This document shows, piece by piece, positions 63,700 through 64,000 of a stretch of DNA of 64,000 nt (position 1 is its first letter; each line of letters starts with the position of its first letter). Under the pieces are notes generated by a model. It was not told where the DNA came from. It did no database searches and worked only from the letters and a program-made list of their open reading frames with translations. The stretch covers positions 22,522,628 through 22,586,627 of the forward strand of contig OZ037767.1 of NCBI GenBank assembly GCA_964035545.1. Direction: 5' to 3'. This DNA comes from Bugula neritina (Eukaryota > Animalia > Bryozoa). A program made the position numbers and the translations under genes.

Positions 63700-64000
63700 C
63701 CCATTAGCATTGTTATTGACTAACTGCTAATAGTTGATAGAAATGCGGTGTATGTATTTGAGATTTATCCAACAGCTGAATGCTACCTTTACTAATTGGG
63801 TACCAAAATTGGTAAATAAATCCTACACTATTTGTTATTAGATAATGTATACTGTAGAGCGTAGACTGAATATAAGCCCTTACCTATTAGATAATCTGGC
63901 TGCATGGTTTATGTGTGCAGTGTCTTCTCTAAAGTCTATGAAGGAAGCGCCTTTGAGTACATAGTATTTCTGGCCAGGGTAAGAAGCTGACAACTCCAAG
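63340..64000 (-). CDS. SUMF2: 3' exons (>64000-63884, 63502-63340) of sulfatase-modifying factor 2 (inactive FGE paralogue)
   Basis: YVLKGASFIDFREDTAHINHAARLSNR|LARPLGFTSQNIGFRCA...KEEL* matches the SUMF2-type GASxID...NH.AR and lacks the Cys-rich SUMF1 active-site motif. Confidence 0.82.
63636..63696. repeat. (TA)n microsatellite
   Basis: Directly visible. Confidence 0.98.

Overview
AT-rich, intron-rich eukaryotic DNA from an invertebrate animal (lophotrochozoan-like; the taxon cannot be proven from this window). Most ORF-track entries are spurious or exon fragments, so the gene models below were assembled by hand from splice sites and reading-frame phase. From left to right: (1) the 3' end of a BRICHOS-domain precursor whose last exon encodes KR followed by a 17-aa cationic, strictly alternating peptide (RIKWPKIKITITITIRF); (2) a ~14-kb cluster of five tandem and inverted copies of an unrecognised 4-exon secreted-protein gene with conserved ends and copy-specific Thr/Pro/Tyr/His/Arg repeats, with one clearly intact copy and, in one intron, a tiny LTR-like element with tRNA-derived terminal repeats; (3) CEP43/FGFR1OP with an internal EF-hand pair (- strand); (4) a solo LTR, a decayed LINE, SINEs and MITEs; (5) NSUN4 (+) with a bestrophin gene nested antisense in intron 5; (6) an ER-type (signal peptide ... 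KEEL) JmjC/cupin-like EF-hand gene that appears to lack catalytic residues and to host, on the same strand, an oversized (~1199 aa) class-2-like semaphorin in intron 3; (7) the 3' end of SUMF2 (-).
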